Shown here: piece by piece, positions 1 through 12,600 of the stretch
How the letters are laid out: each line of letters begins with the position of its first letter
Position numbering within the stretch: position 1 is the stretch's first letter
Source: the human T2T-CHM13v2.0 reference genome, Homo sapiens
Strand: one strand, 5' to 3'
Assembly: GCF_009914755.1 (NCBI RefSeq)
Contig: NC_060931.1
DNA: 64,000 nucleotides
Notes under the pieces: model-generated
Database searches by the model: none
Told to the model about the DNA's origin: nothing
What the model saw: the letters and a program-made list of their open reading frames with translations, nothing else
Position numbers and translations under genes: made by a program

Positions 1-939
1 TTAAGTTTCACAATTTTTTGTGCTACCAGGGGAAATGTGTCTTTAGAGGGTGACTATTGAATATATAGAAACCCACATTCCTGAGATTTTTTTGTGTTTA
101 ATGGTATATTTCATAATAATACAACTATCTTAAAAAGAATCACATTGGCATATTTACTCTGCATTATTCAAATGGCTAATGCTTTGAGAAGGAACATCCT
201 CTTTATAATAAAATGAGTGCTGTCTTGTTTGGCTTATTTAGTATCAAATTAATGTGATACTCAGTGTTTCATTAAGTTCCTCCAAATAACCAATTTTAAA
301 GCAACTTCTTCATTCTTTCATGGATATAATGCTAAAGGCGTAAAAAGATGATGACCCATATTATCTGAAAGAGAAAAACATGATTTCTCCTTTCTCTCTT
401 AAAATTAAGATCTATATTTATGATAGCAAAAGTCAGGTGCTTCTCTCCCCACCTTTTAGAAGCTGCTTGGTGTGATCAGGGGATAACTACAGAGAAGCGC
501 TATCAAACATTTCTTTCTGCACTTTCAGTTAGGAGGATGATGAATGCATACGTACACATTTTCCCTTTCTAGTAGCAATAGATTAACACTGTTGGGAATA
601 ATTCCCCTAGAAAGTTTTCCGAGAGCCTGGAAATTTCACATCATACTTTTCTAGCCCTGGGTCACTGTGAGTTTGCCAAAGCCTCCAGCAGATAGATAAA
701 TTGGTTTCCAAGTGAACAAAGTATATTAGTCAATCTCCTGAGGCATTTTTTCTTTGATGGCCATTGAGTGTGTTAAGCAGCAACTGTATGCCCTTCATAA
801 TAAAAAGCACTTTAAGTTGAGTGATGGAAGGCTCTTGATACTTGTGGAATGACAGAGAAGTTTTGAAGAAATGAACATTAGTGCAAGTAGACAATATTTA
901 GAAAGCATAATCAAATAAAGAGTTTTAAGAAACCATAAT

Positions 940-1123
940 TTTTTTTTTTACTTTAAGTTCTGGGATAAATGTGCAGAATGTGCATGTTTGTTACATAGGT
1001 TTACATGTGCCATAGTGGTTTGCTGCACCCATCAACCCGTCATCTATGTTTTAAGCCCTGCATGCATTAGGCATTTGTCCTAATGCTCTCCCTCCCCTTG
1101 CTCCCCGCCCTGATATGCCCCAG
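940..1123 (-). mobile_element. 5'-truncated L1PA 3' end with 14-bp TSD
   Basis: Poly-T then actttaagttctggga...tgctgcacccatcaacc. TSD taagaaaccataat at 926-939 and 1124-1137. Confidence 0.92.
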
Positions 1124-1959
1124 TAAGAAACCATAATAAGTTTTAAGTCAAAGTGAGATGGAAAATACAGAGAAGGGTTAGTCTTTGAAGACTTTGGAGA
1201 GGTGATTTGAAAATCAGATGTTAAAGGAATGCATGGGCATAAATTAGCAGGACATTCCAAACCAGGGCTTTGATGTGAACATAAGTCAGTTATGTGAGGA
1301 AGCAGCAGGCAAGAGCAGGACTGGAGAGGGTTTGATGTCATCTCACCAATCATCCACCCAATAAAGAAATCTCTCAGCAACCCCTGGCCTGTGGTCAGCC
1401 AATGTGTGTCTGAATGTATCGATCAAGTAATAATAGTTCAGTGCTCTTAGTGAGGAAGCCAGTGATGATTGTTACATGGCTCTATAATATTAAGATAAAA
1501 TTTGTCCCCAGAATGTTCTATGCTTGGGTTCAATTATTCCTTTTGGAGCAACTCAGAATCAATCTAATATTTTGGGGAAGTGACAGTTTTTCAGATCTTG
1601 GAGGAAGAACTTATTATTAATCTCTCTCCCCCATTCAACTTAATTGAAAGAGTCTCCGATTAGAAATTTGAGAAAAGATGTTCTAGCCCCAACTCTGCTA
1701 TGTATTATTTGCTTTGTAAGCAAAGAACAGTTAAACTGTCTCAACTATATATAGCGTCTATTTCCCTCTGTTCCTTCCCTATCCAGGGCTTGGCTCTATG
1801 AAAAGCAACTCGAACTCTTGCCTTCCAGCTTGGGATACTGCTCCAAGATAGCCCCCCTTTAGTGAACTCCTGTCTCCTATGCAGTTCCATCTTGTTATCT
1901 TATACCTGGATTCTCCATCTCTGCCCAGACACTACACTAATTTGGATAGTTTTATTTCT

Positions 1960-2410
1960 TTCTCACGTTGCAATTAATGAGGATGAGCCTGGAGGTGGGG
2001 GTTCCTCCATGGAGTCCTTCAGGGACTGGGGTTCCCTCCAGCTGGTGACTGTGGTATCTATAAGGGCTCAAATTCCTCCATCGGATACTCTGTATCTTGA
2101 TGGCAGACTCAAGAAGAGAATGGTGAGGCTGTCACAGGAAGTTTTCAGGGGCTGGGCATGAAAGAGGTATGCATCTCTTCTGCATATATTTCCCATTAAT
2201 TCACAGTCAGTCACTTGACCCCATCTAACTGCCAGAGAGCAGGGGAAATGTAGGCTAGTTGAGTGCCTAGGAGGAAAAAGACCAAATGTAGAACCAGTGC
2301 ATGTCACTTCTGCCTCCACTTGTGCTAGAATTCAGGCACACAGTCCCCAACTAACCTCAGAGGAATTTGGAAAATGTAGTCTGGTTGAAGGCTAAGAAAG
2401 AAAAGGCACT
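1960..2410. mobile_element. Old MaLR (MLT1-type) LTR fragments, two LTR termini in tandem
   Basis: Two copies of the motif gtcac..gacccca.ctaac.gc.aga...gggaaatgtag.ctag at about 2205-2280 and 2330-2405. Confidence 0.55.
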
Positions 2411-2544
2411 AATTAGACTTTCCAAGCTTATCAGCTTTAGAGAAGAGAAAATAGCATAGATTTTCTATGTCATGGAGTAAAGTTGTATAATATAATAATG
2501 CATGTGAAAATGCTTATAATCTGGTAATGTGGCATAAAAATGAA

Positions 2545-3783
2545 TGTTAATATCTTTTTTTACAAATAATTCTGGACAATTAGACAGCCATGTGCAAAAT
2601 AATGAAGTTGGACCCTTACCTCACACCATAGATAAAAATTAACTCAAAATGGATCAAAAACCTAAATGTAAGAGCTAAAACTAAATAACTTTTAGGAGAA
2701 AACAGAGGGGTAAACCTTTATAACTTTGGATTTGGCAAGATTCTTAGATATAGTACAAAAAGCAAAAACAACAAAAGAAAAAATAGATAAGCTGAAGTTT
2801 ATCAAAATTAAAAGCTTTTGTGTTTCAAAGGATATCATGAAGAAAGGGAAAAGGCAATCTATCAAGTGGGAGAAAATATTTACAAATAATTTACCTGTTG
2901 AGGAACTTATATCCAGACTATATAAGAATGCTTAAACCCAATAATAAAAAGACAATCATTCCAATTTAAAAATGGGCACAAAATCTGAGGAGACATATCT
3001 CCAAGAAAGATTTACAAATAGCAATATGTACATGAAAAGATATTTGACGTCATCGTTCAGCAGGAAAATGCAAATCAAAAGCACAATGAGACACTACTCC
3101 CCTCTTCCTAGAATGGCTACAGTAAAAAGTCAGATAACAAGTGTTGGTGAGAATGTGGAAAAAACAGAACCTTCACGTCCTGCTGGTGGTAATGGAAAAT
3201 GGTGTAACCACTTTGGAAAATAGCTGGGCATTTTCCCAGACAAATAAACATAGAGTTATCCTTTGACCCAACAATTTCATTCCCAGCTATATACCCAAGA
3301 AAAATGAAAACATATAACCATATACAACTAATTACACTAATGTTTGTAATAATATTCATAATAGCCAAAAAGTGCAAACAACCCAAATGTACATTTGTGT
3401 AATGGAACATTATTTGGCCATAAAAAGCAATAAAATACTGATTCCTGCTACATGCTACGTACTGATTAAGTTTGAAAACTGTAAGACAGTCACAAATGAC
3501 TACAATATACATGATTCCTTTTATATGAACTATTCAGAGCAGAGAACTCTATACAGACAGAAAATGGGATAGTGGTTGCTTAGAATGGGGGTGAGGGGCA
3601 TGGGGGCAAAGAAAGTGATAGATCAAAGTTAAGGGATTCCTTTTTGAGATTCTGAGAATATTCTAAAATTAATTATGATGGTGGGTGCACATGTCTGTGA
3701 ATACGTTAAAGACCATTAAATTGTGCACTTTAAATTGATGAATTGTATGGTGCGAATTCTATCTCAATGAAGCTGTTAAAAAT
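2545..3783 (+). mobile_element. L1M (L1MB-like) ORF2 3' region and 3' UTR
   Basis: ttggacccttacctcacacc...aactcaaaatggatc; atgcaaatcaaaagcacaatgag; ends tctcaatgaagctgttaaaa. Confidence 0.85.
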
Positions 3784-4019
3784 GAAAGGTAATATATGCA
3801 TTATTGTTATTAAGATACTGGCCTACCCAGATGAAAGACTGTGCAACACTCATGGCAGGTCCTTAGAAACCAAGTTCTGACCACTCAACCAAGAGAAATA
3901 CTAATGAGGAAGAAATAGAACAAGCATCTCCAGCAACCAGTGTACTAGTCTGGACAGCTTTCTGATGATCTTGACTTTAAGAAAAATGTATATACAAATG
4001 GAGCTAACCTCAGAACTTA

Positions 4020-4520
<501 letters not shown>

Positions 4521-4525
4521 ATGTG

Positions 4526-4605
4526 CTTGCTCTTGCTCTCACTCTCGTGCTCTCTCTCTCTCTCTCTATGACTCTCTTACACATACACACACACATGCAC
4601 ACACA

Positions 4606-4638
<33 letters not shown>

Positions 4639-4640
4639 CA
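4526..4640. repeat. Compound microsatellite (CT)n-(CA)n-(GA)n
   Basis: Directly visible. Confidence 0.95.
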
Positions 4641-4899
4641 AGGAAAAGATAGACCCTGGCGTGGAGGAGGTATGCAGGATAACCATGCAGTAAATATTCT
4701 TGCATGTTCTCCAGTAAGGAATGTATTTTTCAAAATTGAAAAGGAAAATTCGATATCACTTTCTTAGGAAGGGAGGGAAGATTGTTCAGGAAATAGTGAG
4801 AACACCGAGCTGCTCAGGGAGATTCACCTCAATCTAAAGTAAATTTGAGATGGGATAACATAAAAATAACTAGGTTTAAGGTACTAGGACAAAACATCT

Positions 4900-5030
4900 A
4901 GCATGCATTATCTCTTTTAATTGCTCAGTAACCCAGTGAAGTAGGTAATATCATTATCACCCATTCAGAGAGGTTAAGTAACTTATTCTTAGTCATGCCT
5001 GTAGACAGGATGAACACCAGTTTGAAAAAC
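4900..5030 (-). mobile_element. MIR fragment
   Basis: aacccagtgaagtaggt...cagagaggttaagtaactt. Confidence 0.65.
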
Positions 5031-6586
5031 CCTCTCTCTGGCTCTGGGGGCAAGGTGAAAGCCCACGCCATGTGTTTGAGAATTCAGCGCAGGTAAAGAA
5101 ATGTTTTTTTGCATTGGTGATATTTTATTTAGTAGTAACACTTTATTCCTAAGGCGTACTAGTTGACTTGTCAATGAAATTACAGAACCATTGTAAATAA
5201 TCTGTAGAAATTTGCAAGCAAATGAGAAAGGAGCTGAAAGACTGGGAAAAAGAGATGATTGTTTTAGTTGTCAAAAAAGGTAAATCTATAGGACTAGTTC
5301 ATAACTGGCAAAATTCTAGAGCCATTTAATAAATACAAGTATGTCCTGTAAAGCGGTTTGCATCCTGGTAACACCTAATTGTAAGCCATACAAATACTCC
5401 ATTTTCCTAACTTATTTCTAGAGAATCAATTATGATCTTACCATAGTGTTATCTTAACAGCTTTTATACTTTCAAATGAAATGGATTTATTCAAACATTA
5501 GTTGGTGATATACTTTTTATCATGCTGTAAATGATCCTAATAGAATTTGTTAAAACATTTAAGTTACGAGTGAAGCACAGTTTTCTAGATGTGTGCTGGA
5601 CTAACATTTGCCATAAACTATCACATAATCAGTTCCTTGATTCTTTATGGACCTGAAGCCTACTTACATAAAATTGGTCTAGTAACTAATGATAAAGATT
5701 AAATAAAAGTCATTGAGGTCATTGACAGAAGGCTATGTTTTCCTCTAAAATCATGGCACTCAATTCATAAACATTATTCATTTTTCTTCTAACTTGTATA
5801 TACTTTTAGATGTAATTGTGTTTCAATTTTGATTGCCCAGCTAATCGGAAAAGCTTTAAACCTCTTAAACAGTTTCTTTATAAAAGCATAATGACGTATA
5901 TAATGGCTTTCAGATAATCCTGTCACAGAAATGATTATTTTTCTCTATTCCTGGTGAACCAAAGTGCCCCCATGTGCTTCTACGTGTAATGTTATATAAA
6001 GCACTTTGAAGCACGCTGTATTATTTTTCATGACAGTATCATTGATAATTCTAATGGTAATTTTTCCTTCACACTTGGTAGCTTCCAGGCATAATGACAC
6101 ATCACTAAAGCTTTGACTGTTAAAGCCCTTTGCTCATGGGTGAAGAAAAGAGAATGGCAAGTTAAAAATAATGACTTAATCCTCATTTACATTGCAATGA
6201 GTTATTCTCATTTGTGGAAGAGGGATGTCTTCGATGGGGAGGATAATGAAGGCGATGAGAACTATCAGACCTTTTGTGCCCGATCAATAGGTCCCATAAA
6301 TAAAATCTCAAATCACACACTACAAAGTGGAAATCATGTGTAATGGGAAGGGAGTGAAATCATCATCTTAGGGATGGCAAGTTCTTACTGAGAAGGATGA
6401 CTTCATGCTGGACCTCTTGTGGTTTCCAGAGCTGTAGATGAATAAATTTTCATCCCTTGATTGATAATAAATTTTTTGAGGACAAAAATAGTTCTAGATT
6501 GAGAATTCAGTCATTAGACTAGACTCAAGGGGACATACTCTAGGGACAACTGTGGGAGACCATAGACTAGACGATGGCTTTCTTAC

Positions 6587-6692
6587 CTGCAGGAACAGGA
6601 AAAACCATCATCAATTTTGTGGTCTGGGAGGGACTGTGCCTAAGCAATGAGAATAAAAATACAATCTATTCTATTGAAAAGGTCTTTAGAGC
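6587..6692 (+). repeat. Local direct duplication, copy A (partner 9525-9629)
   Basis: About 10 substitutions + 1 indel over 106 bp versus 9525-9629. Confidence 0.93.
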
Positions 6693-7644
6693 ATCCTTCC
6701 AGTAATCTAAAAGTGTGACACCCCAAATACACTAGTTCTTTCATTATTTTCTTCTTCCTTCTCTTTATCCTGAAGCCCTTAAGTCTACTCAATTATAGAA
6801 TTTCTTCATAAATGACTTATAGGGCCATTTTTGCTGGGAATGGAATGATTTTCCATATCTTCTATTCCATCCTACCTAATTTTAGTCAACCTGAAACCAC
6901 TGCTTTTTGTGAATAACGAATGTCCAACAGAACTCCCACCAACCTCACAGTCCCAGACATCTGCATTACTGTGGGTAGTCACTCAAATGTAGCTAGAGGA
7001 GGCTTTACCAGAAAAGCTAATTGCCCCAAACTTTCCTCTTGGAATTAGAGTTGAGTTTTTGTTGGTTTGTTTTTTAATGTGCCCAATTAATCTTTATTGG
7101 TGTGGGACAAATGTTGAGACTAACAAGAAGATTTTGGATAAGTGGATAACAATCTCGCACCCTACATCCCTCCTTCATGGGGGAATGTAAGTGTGGATTG
7201 ACCCAAAGCAGGAACTCTAGGGGTGAAGCAAGGACTCAGCTCTGCCTTTTCATCAGCTCTGATCATCCATTAGAGATGTCCACCCTGGGAAACATGGGAA
7301 AATTTTCACACCACCCAAAGCCCTGCACTGATTCCACCACAAGCTCCCAGTGGGGTCTGGGCCTTGTATGTCAACACAGCAAGATAGCTTTGTATGAGGA
7401 CAGTTTCCTTCCCACCAGACGTTAGAGTCATCCTAGGAACAACTGTCCAACCCTGGGCACGTGCCACCCAGCAGCACTTCTGAATATGCCACTGAGGGGA
7501 GAGATGAAATAAACACCTACTCAAACCCATACATCTTTCTTAAATTAGCCACAACTAATTTCTTTCATGCTGATTTTTATTTCTAAAGCTGTGATTTCCA
7601 AAGCCATAAACTTTGGGTCTGAATGAAATTAAGAAGGGTTAGAG

Positions 7645-7944
7645 GGCTGGGCACGGTGGCTTATGCCTGTAATCCTATCACTTTGGGAGGCCGAGGTAGT
7701 GGATTACCTGAGGTCAGGAGTTCAAGGCCAGCCTGATCAACATGGTGAAACCCTGTCTCTACTAAAATTCCAAAACAATTAGGCAGGCATGGTGGTGGGT
7801 ACCTGTAATCCTAGCTGCTTGGGAGGCTGAGGCAGGAAAATCCCTTGAACCCGGGAGGCAGAGGTTGTGGTGAGCCAAGATAGCACCACTGCACTCCAGT
7901 CTGGCCAACAGAGCAAGACTCCCTCTCAAAAAGAAAAAAATAAA
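7645..7944 (+). mobile_element. AluS
   Basis: Full dimer, TSD core gggttaga. Confidence 0.95.
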
Positions 7945-8029
7945 TGGGTTAGAAATACAGCTAGACGCTAATTCAGACCCTCTCCTTCTCATACTTTCCA
8001 TCAAACCCATTTTTCTTTCTCAGGAATTC

Positions 8030-8612
8030 TTTTTTTTCAATTGCTGTTAAATATATAATATAAAATCCACCATTTTAACCATGTAAAAGTATATACTTTA
8101 GTGGTACATTCACATCGCTATGCACCCATCTCCTCCATCCATCTCCAGATCCTTCCTACTTTCCAAACTGAAACTCTGTCCCTATTAAAACTAACTCCCC
8201 ATTCCCCCAGCCCCTGCACCCACCATTCTACTTCCTGTCTCTGTGAATTTGACTACCCTGGGGACCTCATGTCAGTGGAATCACGCAGTATTTGTCCTTT
8301 TGTGACTGGCTTATTTCACTTATCATAATGTCTTACGGGTTCATCCATGTTGTAGCCTGTGACAGAACTTCCTTCTCTTTTAAAGCTGGATGATATTCCA
8401 TTATATAGACAGACAACATTTTGTTTACCCATTTATCTGTCAATAGAATCTTGGATGGCGCCTACTTTTTGGCCATTGTAAATGATGCTGCTATGCACAT
8501 GAGTGTACAAATATCTGTTCGAGTCTCTGTTTTCACTTCTTTTAAGTCTATGCCTAGCAGTGGAATTGCTGGATCAAGTGGTAATTCTATGTTTAATCTT
8601 GAGGAACTGTCA
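8030..8612 (-). mobile_element. L1MB-like 3' end
   Basis: caccattttaacc...gtgactggcttatttcactt...gtggaattgctggatca. Confidence 0.85.
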
Positions 8613-9104
8613 TAACATTTATAAGAAGCTCTTAATATTTCCAGAAACCATCCCAAATAGTGGATGAGCCAAGAAGACAAAGTCATTTCAATGCCATTTT
8701 GACACTCAAGAAATTAGGCCTTAAAATGCTTAATGTACAAAAGAACAGGCAATATACACTTGTCTCTCTTCAATAGAAATAGAGTTATTTCTGTGTGAGA
8801 GTCTGTTACTACATTCTGTGGAAGTGGCTGGAGAGTTTACCTGGCTTACAAAGTCTGTTTTGAATGGCCTGTCATAAAATTTGCATTTGGGGACTCTGGC
8901 GTGGCACTTCAAAAGGTCAGCCACCATTCTCTGGAATACCATGTGATTGGAGAAGCAGATTGTTTCCTTCCTCATGGAATAATTGTCCTGTCCTCCCTGG
9001 TGTGCTTTCTACAACAATCAGGGTCCACCGTGCATGAGAGGCCAGAGGACCTAGTTCTGGGCCATGGACTAGATTCCTGACATTGGGCATTTACTGTTTC
9101 TGAG

Positions 9105-9425
9105 TTCCTTCCTACCTTCCTTCCTTCCTTCCTTCCTACTTTTTTCCCTTCCCCTTCCTTCCTGTCTCCCAGGCTGGAGTGCAGTGGTGCGCTCTCGGCT
9201 CACTGCAACCTCTGTCTCCTGGGTTCAAGCACTTCTCCTCCCTCAGCCTCCTGAGTAGCTGGGACTACAGGCACGTGCTACCATGCTTGGCTAATTTTTT
9301 GTGTTTTTGGTAAAGACAGGGTGTTTCACCGTGTTAGCCAGGATGGTCTCGAAATCCTGACCTGATCCGCCCTCCTCGGCCTCCCAAAGTGCTGGGATTA
9401 CAGACGTGAGCTATTGCGCCTGGCC
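9105..9425 (-). mobile_element. AluS whose tail is replaced by a (CCTT)n tract
   Basis: Alu body 9162-9425, pyrimidine repeat 9105-9161, TSD core tgtttct. Confidence 0.92.
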
Positions 9426-9524
9426 TGTTTCTTTATGAGTAAAATGAATAAGCTTGCATGTGAAGACAACCCCAAGTCTCTTCCAGCTCTAAGTTCCCAC
9501 AGTGCACGGAGGCCCAGATGATCA

Positions 9525-9629
9525 CTGCAGGAATAGGAAAAACCATCATCAATTTTGTTGTGTGGGAGTGTCTGTGCCTAAACAGTGAGAACGAAAATAC
9601 AATCTATTCATTGAAAAGGTCTTCAGAGC
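9525..9629 (+). repeat. Local direct duplication, copy B (partner 6587-6692)
   Basis: ctgcaggaataggaaaaaccatcatcaattttgt...ttgaaaaggtcttcagagc. Confidence 0.93.
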
Positions 9630-12600
9630 TCAGTAAATTTTGCCAAATTCGATCCATGGTATACATTACACCTACTACCTTTTCTGATTTCTTTTCTCTC
9701 TTTTTCCTACAAATAATCACTCTTCCTCAGGTCTGGGGATAGTCCAGTGAACTTGACAGAGTCTTCAAGGTCTTTCCTGGGGCCAGACTCTTGCGGCACC
9801 AGCTCTGTTTAATGTAACTTCACAAAACTGCTCCATAGCCTGACTTCCTGGAAGGGTGTTTTCCTGCTTTCCCAGATGACCAGAAGGACTTCCTCAATAC
9901 CTACTCCGAACTCTGCTTTTTTTTTTTTGGTCCAGACAGAAACATAAAAAGAGAGGTGCAGCATTCCAAGATGCAGGGAGCGCAAAGGACTGGGAATGTC
10001 AGGAGACCATGCTTAGCCACGCAGGAAGGCGCTGAGGAACCGTGCTACTGAAAGGAGAATGAGAGCTGAGCCCCAGGGGAGGCATCTGCAGTCTCCCAGG
10101 AGAAATTTCTCACATGCACTGACTCAAGAAAATGTGACGTATAATCATGAAAGACATATATTATACACACCATGGCTGATTCCTACGAAAGAGGAAAACA
10201 ACCAGGCAAATCTATCTGGGAAGCACAATTATAATATTTATTCACTTGAGTAGGACTCTATCCTCTGATTTAACACATGGAGTGAGGACATAAGACTCAG
10301 GACTGGGATGAGAAATGTAAGGTGCATGAATTTCAAAAATAATAAAATGAAAATATTTATTTGCTTATGGTTCAATTACATGGAATAGAAGCATAAGCAG
10401 AAATCAAATGGTCAAACTTACAAAATCTGCTCTTCTTTCTGAACAGTGATCAATGGCCTCACTGAAAGGACTCAGGGCTTGGATGTCTCTGTGGGGTAGT
10501 TTATTCTAGCACTTGTGTGTGTTTTGCCTTGGCAACACGGACCAAGGCACCAGAATAGCACACAGCAGCTGAATGCCATCTCGAATTTTCTGATTTCACT
10601 CCCAGGCTTCCAGTCTTTTCTGTTATCTTTTTTTATTTTGAAATCCTCATTATGTGTTTGCTATATGAAAGCACACCAAAATGTAGCATGACACAGTCCC
10701 TCCCATGAAAGCAGAATGACACATGGGGAAGGAAAAACATGATCCAAGGGCTGGGAGATGGTGAAGAAAGTGCTGAGTGTGGACCAAGGTCATCACTTGC
10801 CTCTGTAGCTCCCCTGGCAGGACTGGACATGTAGGAGGCACCCCCACAGTCAGTATTTATTTGGTGTTCTAGGTTGGAATAATAGTGTGATTCCATTCAA
10901 GGGAAAGGAACAAAATCAGATCCCAGTTGTAACACTCATTGCAGCATTTTCCTTGAGTCTGGGGCAGGTGTGTCCAGCGATTCTGCTTGGAGAAGGAGAA
11001 GATCCTACAGATGAGCTTCTCCACAGGGTGAGAGTTGAGCACCCAGCACGGTGTCTGCACAGAGGATGACAAAAATCTTGAATGAATGAATGGAGTTGAA
11101 TAAGCAAACCTAGGACAGGGTGTGGAAGGTGAACTCATGGTTCATAAAGTCAGATACTTTGGCATTAGTGAGGTAGGCCTGTGTATGTGAGTATTCACAC
11201 GCAGTTGTTTCTGTACTTGTATGAGAGTTACTAATGTTGATCTAGTTGACATTGTTTAGTTCCTAGCATAAATAAAGTATCATGACATTGTTTAAGGGAA
11301 GAAAATTTACTTTGTAATTCTGTGGTGTTGAAAGTAGGGAAAGAAATATGTTGCCTTTTAAATACACAGCAGTGCTCTCATGGAGATCACATGGAAATGA
11401 CAGCGGTGTTGTGTCCGGAAAGCAAAAGCAAAACAAAAACGAGAAAAAATGAAACCAACAGAACTTGGGCACTTAAGAAATCCATTTCCTAATGGAGTAA
11501 ACAGATATCGCACTGCAAGTTACAATTTTCAACATCGTTTACCCTACACCTCCACCATTCGGAGAGGCAGCTCTAATAAATGAGATGCAGTGATGACCTT
11601 TACCGGCTCCACCGATAGCTATAAATTGAGCTGAACATTCCCATCAGCTAACAGGACAGAACTCATTACTGACTGAAGATTGCTACGATGCCTTTGACTG
11701 AGATGTGTACCATTAAAATGAATGCTCCTTCACTCGTAAAAACAATGTCTTGTACCGCAGAAGACCTGATATGCCATTCATTGATTTTTGTGGATGACTA
11801 CAAGAACAACCCGTAAAGATTAGCTGAGTCTTACTGTGTGTTAGTTAAATTATGATTCAGATCAATTTGTTCTTTTTTGAGAGAGTTGATTTTTTGTTTC
11901 TTAAATTAGAACCTTTGTCGATGGCATGCATGGAATATAATTGTCAGATTTACAGTCCTGATGATTCAAGCTTAGATAAACACTTGTTCCAAATACATTA
12001 AAGTAAAACTTATATCCATTAAACTAAGTCAGGATTTTGAATTTTTAAAGCTTTGGGTACATAGAAAAAATTTGGTTTTGCCGATTTTTTTGGCAAAATG
12101 ACTCTGACTTTGAGAACAAACCAGTGTCCATGCCCAGGTGACAGCACTTGCCCTGCTGTGATTATTAAAGCAGCCCCTTGCACTGCCAAGTGTCCTAGTC
12201 CAGATGATGAATTGCACAGTCTTATTGGAAGTATGTGAAATGGGAGGACTGTAGCCATACTTGATCTCTAGGATACACTTTTATCAGGCCCTACAGGTAA
12301 AGTATTCCCATAGGCCTTGTGGATTTTCACAGGAAGGCCTAAGTTACTCAGATGTCTGGGAGTTGTCCCTGGTTGGTTTCTGCTAATAACATTAGTAGTC
12401 CTGACGCTTCATACTTAGCAGGACCTAATAGGTGAACCCAGATATGGTTCTAATGTCATTTAAGTTATTAATTGACATTATTAATATCCCCATTTTTTTT
12501 CAGATGGGAGTATCAAGGCACAGAAAAGCCATATAACCTGTCTGAGGTTCCACAGTTAATAGCTAGTAAGCATGGGAATTTCCTAGGACTCCAGGTTAGG

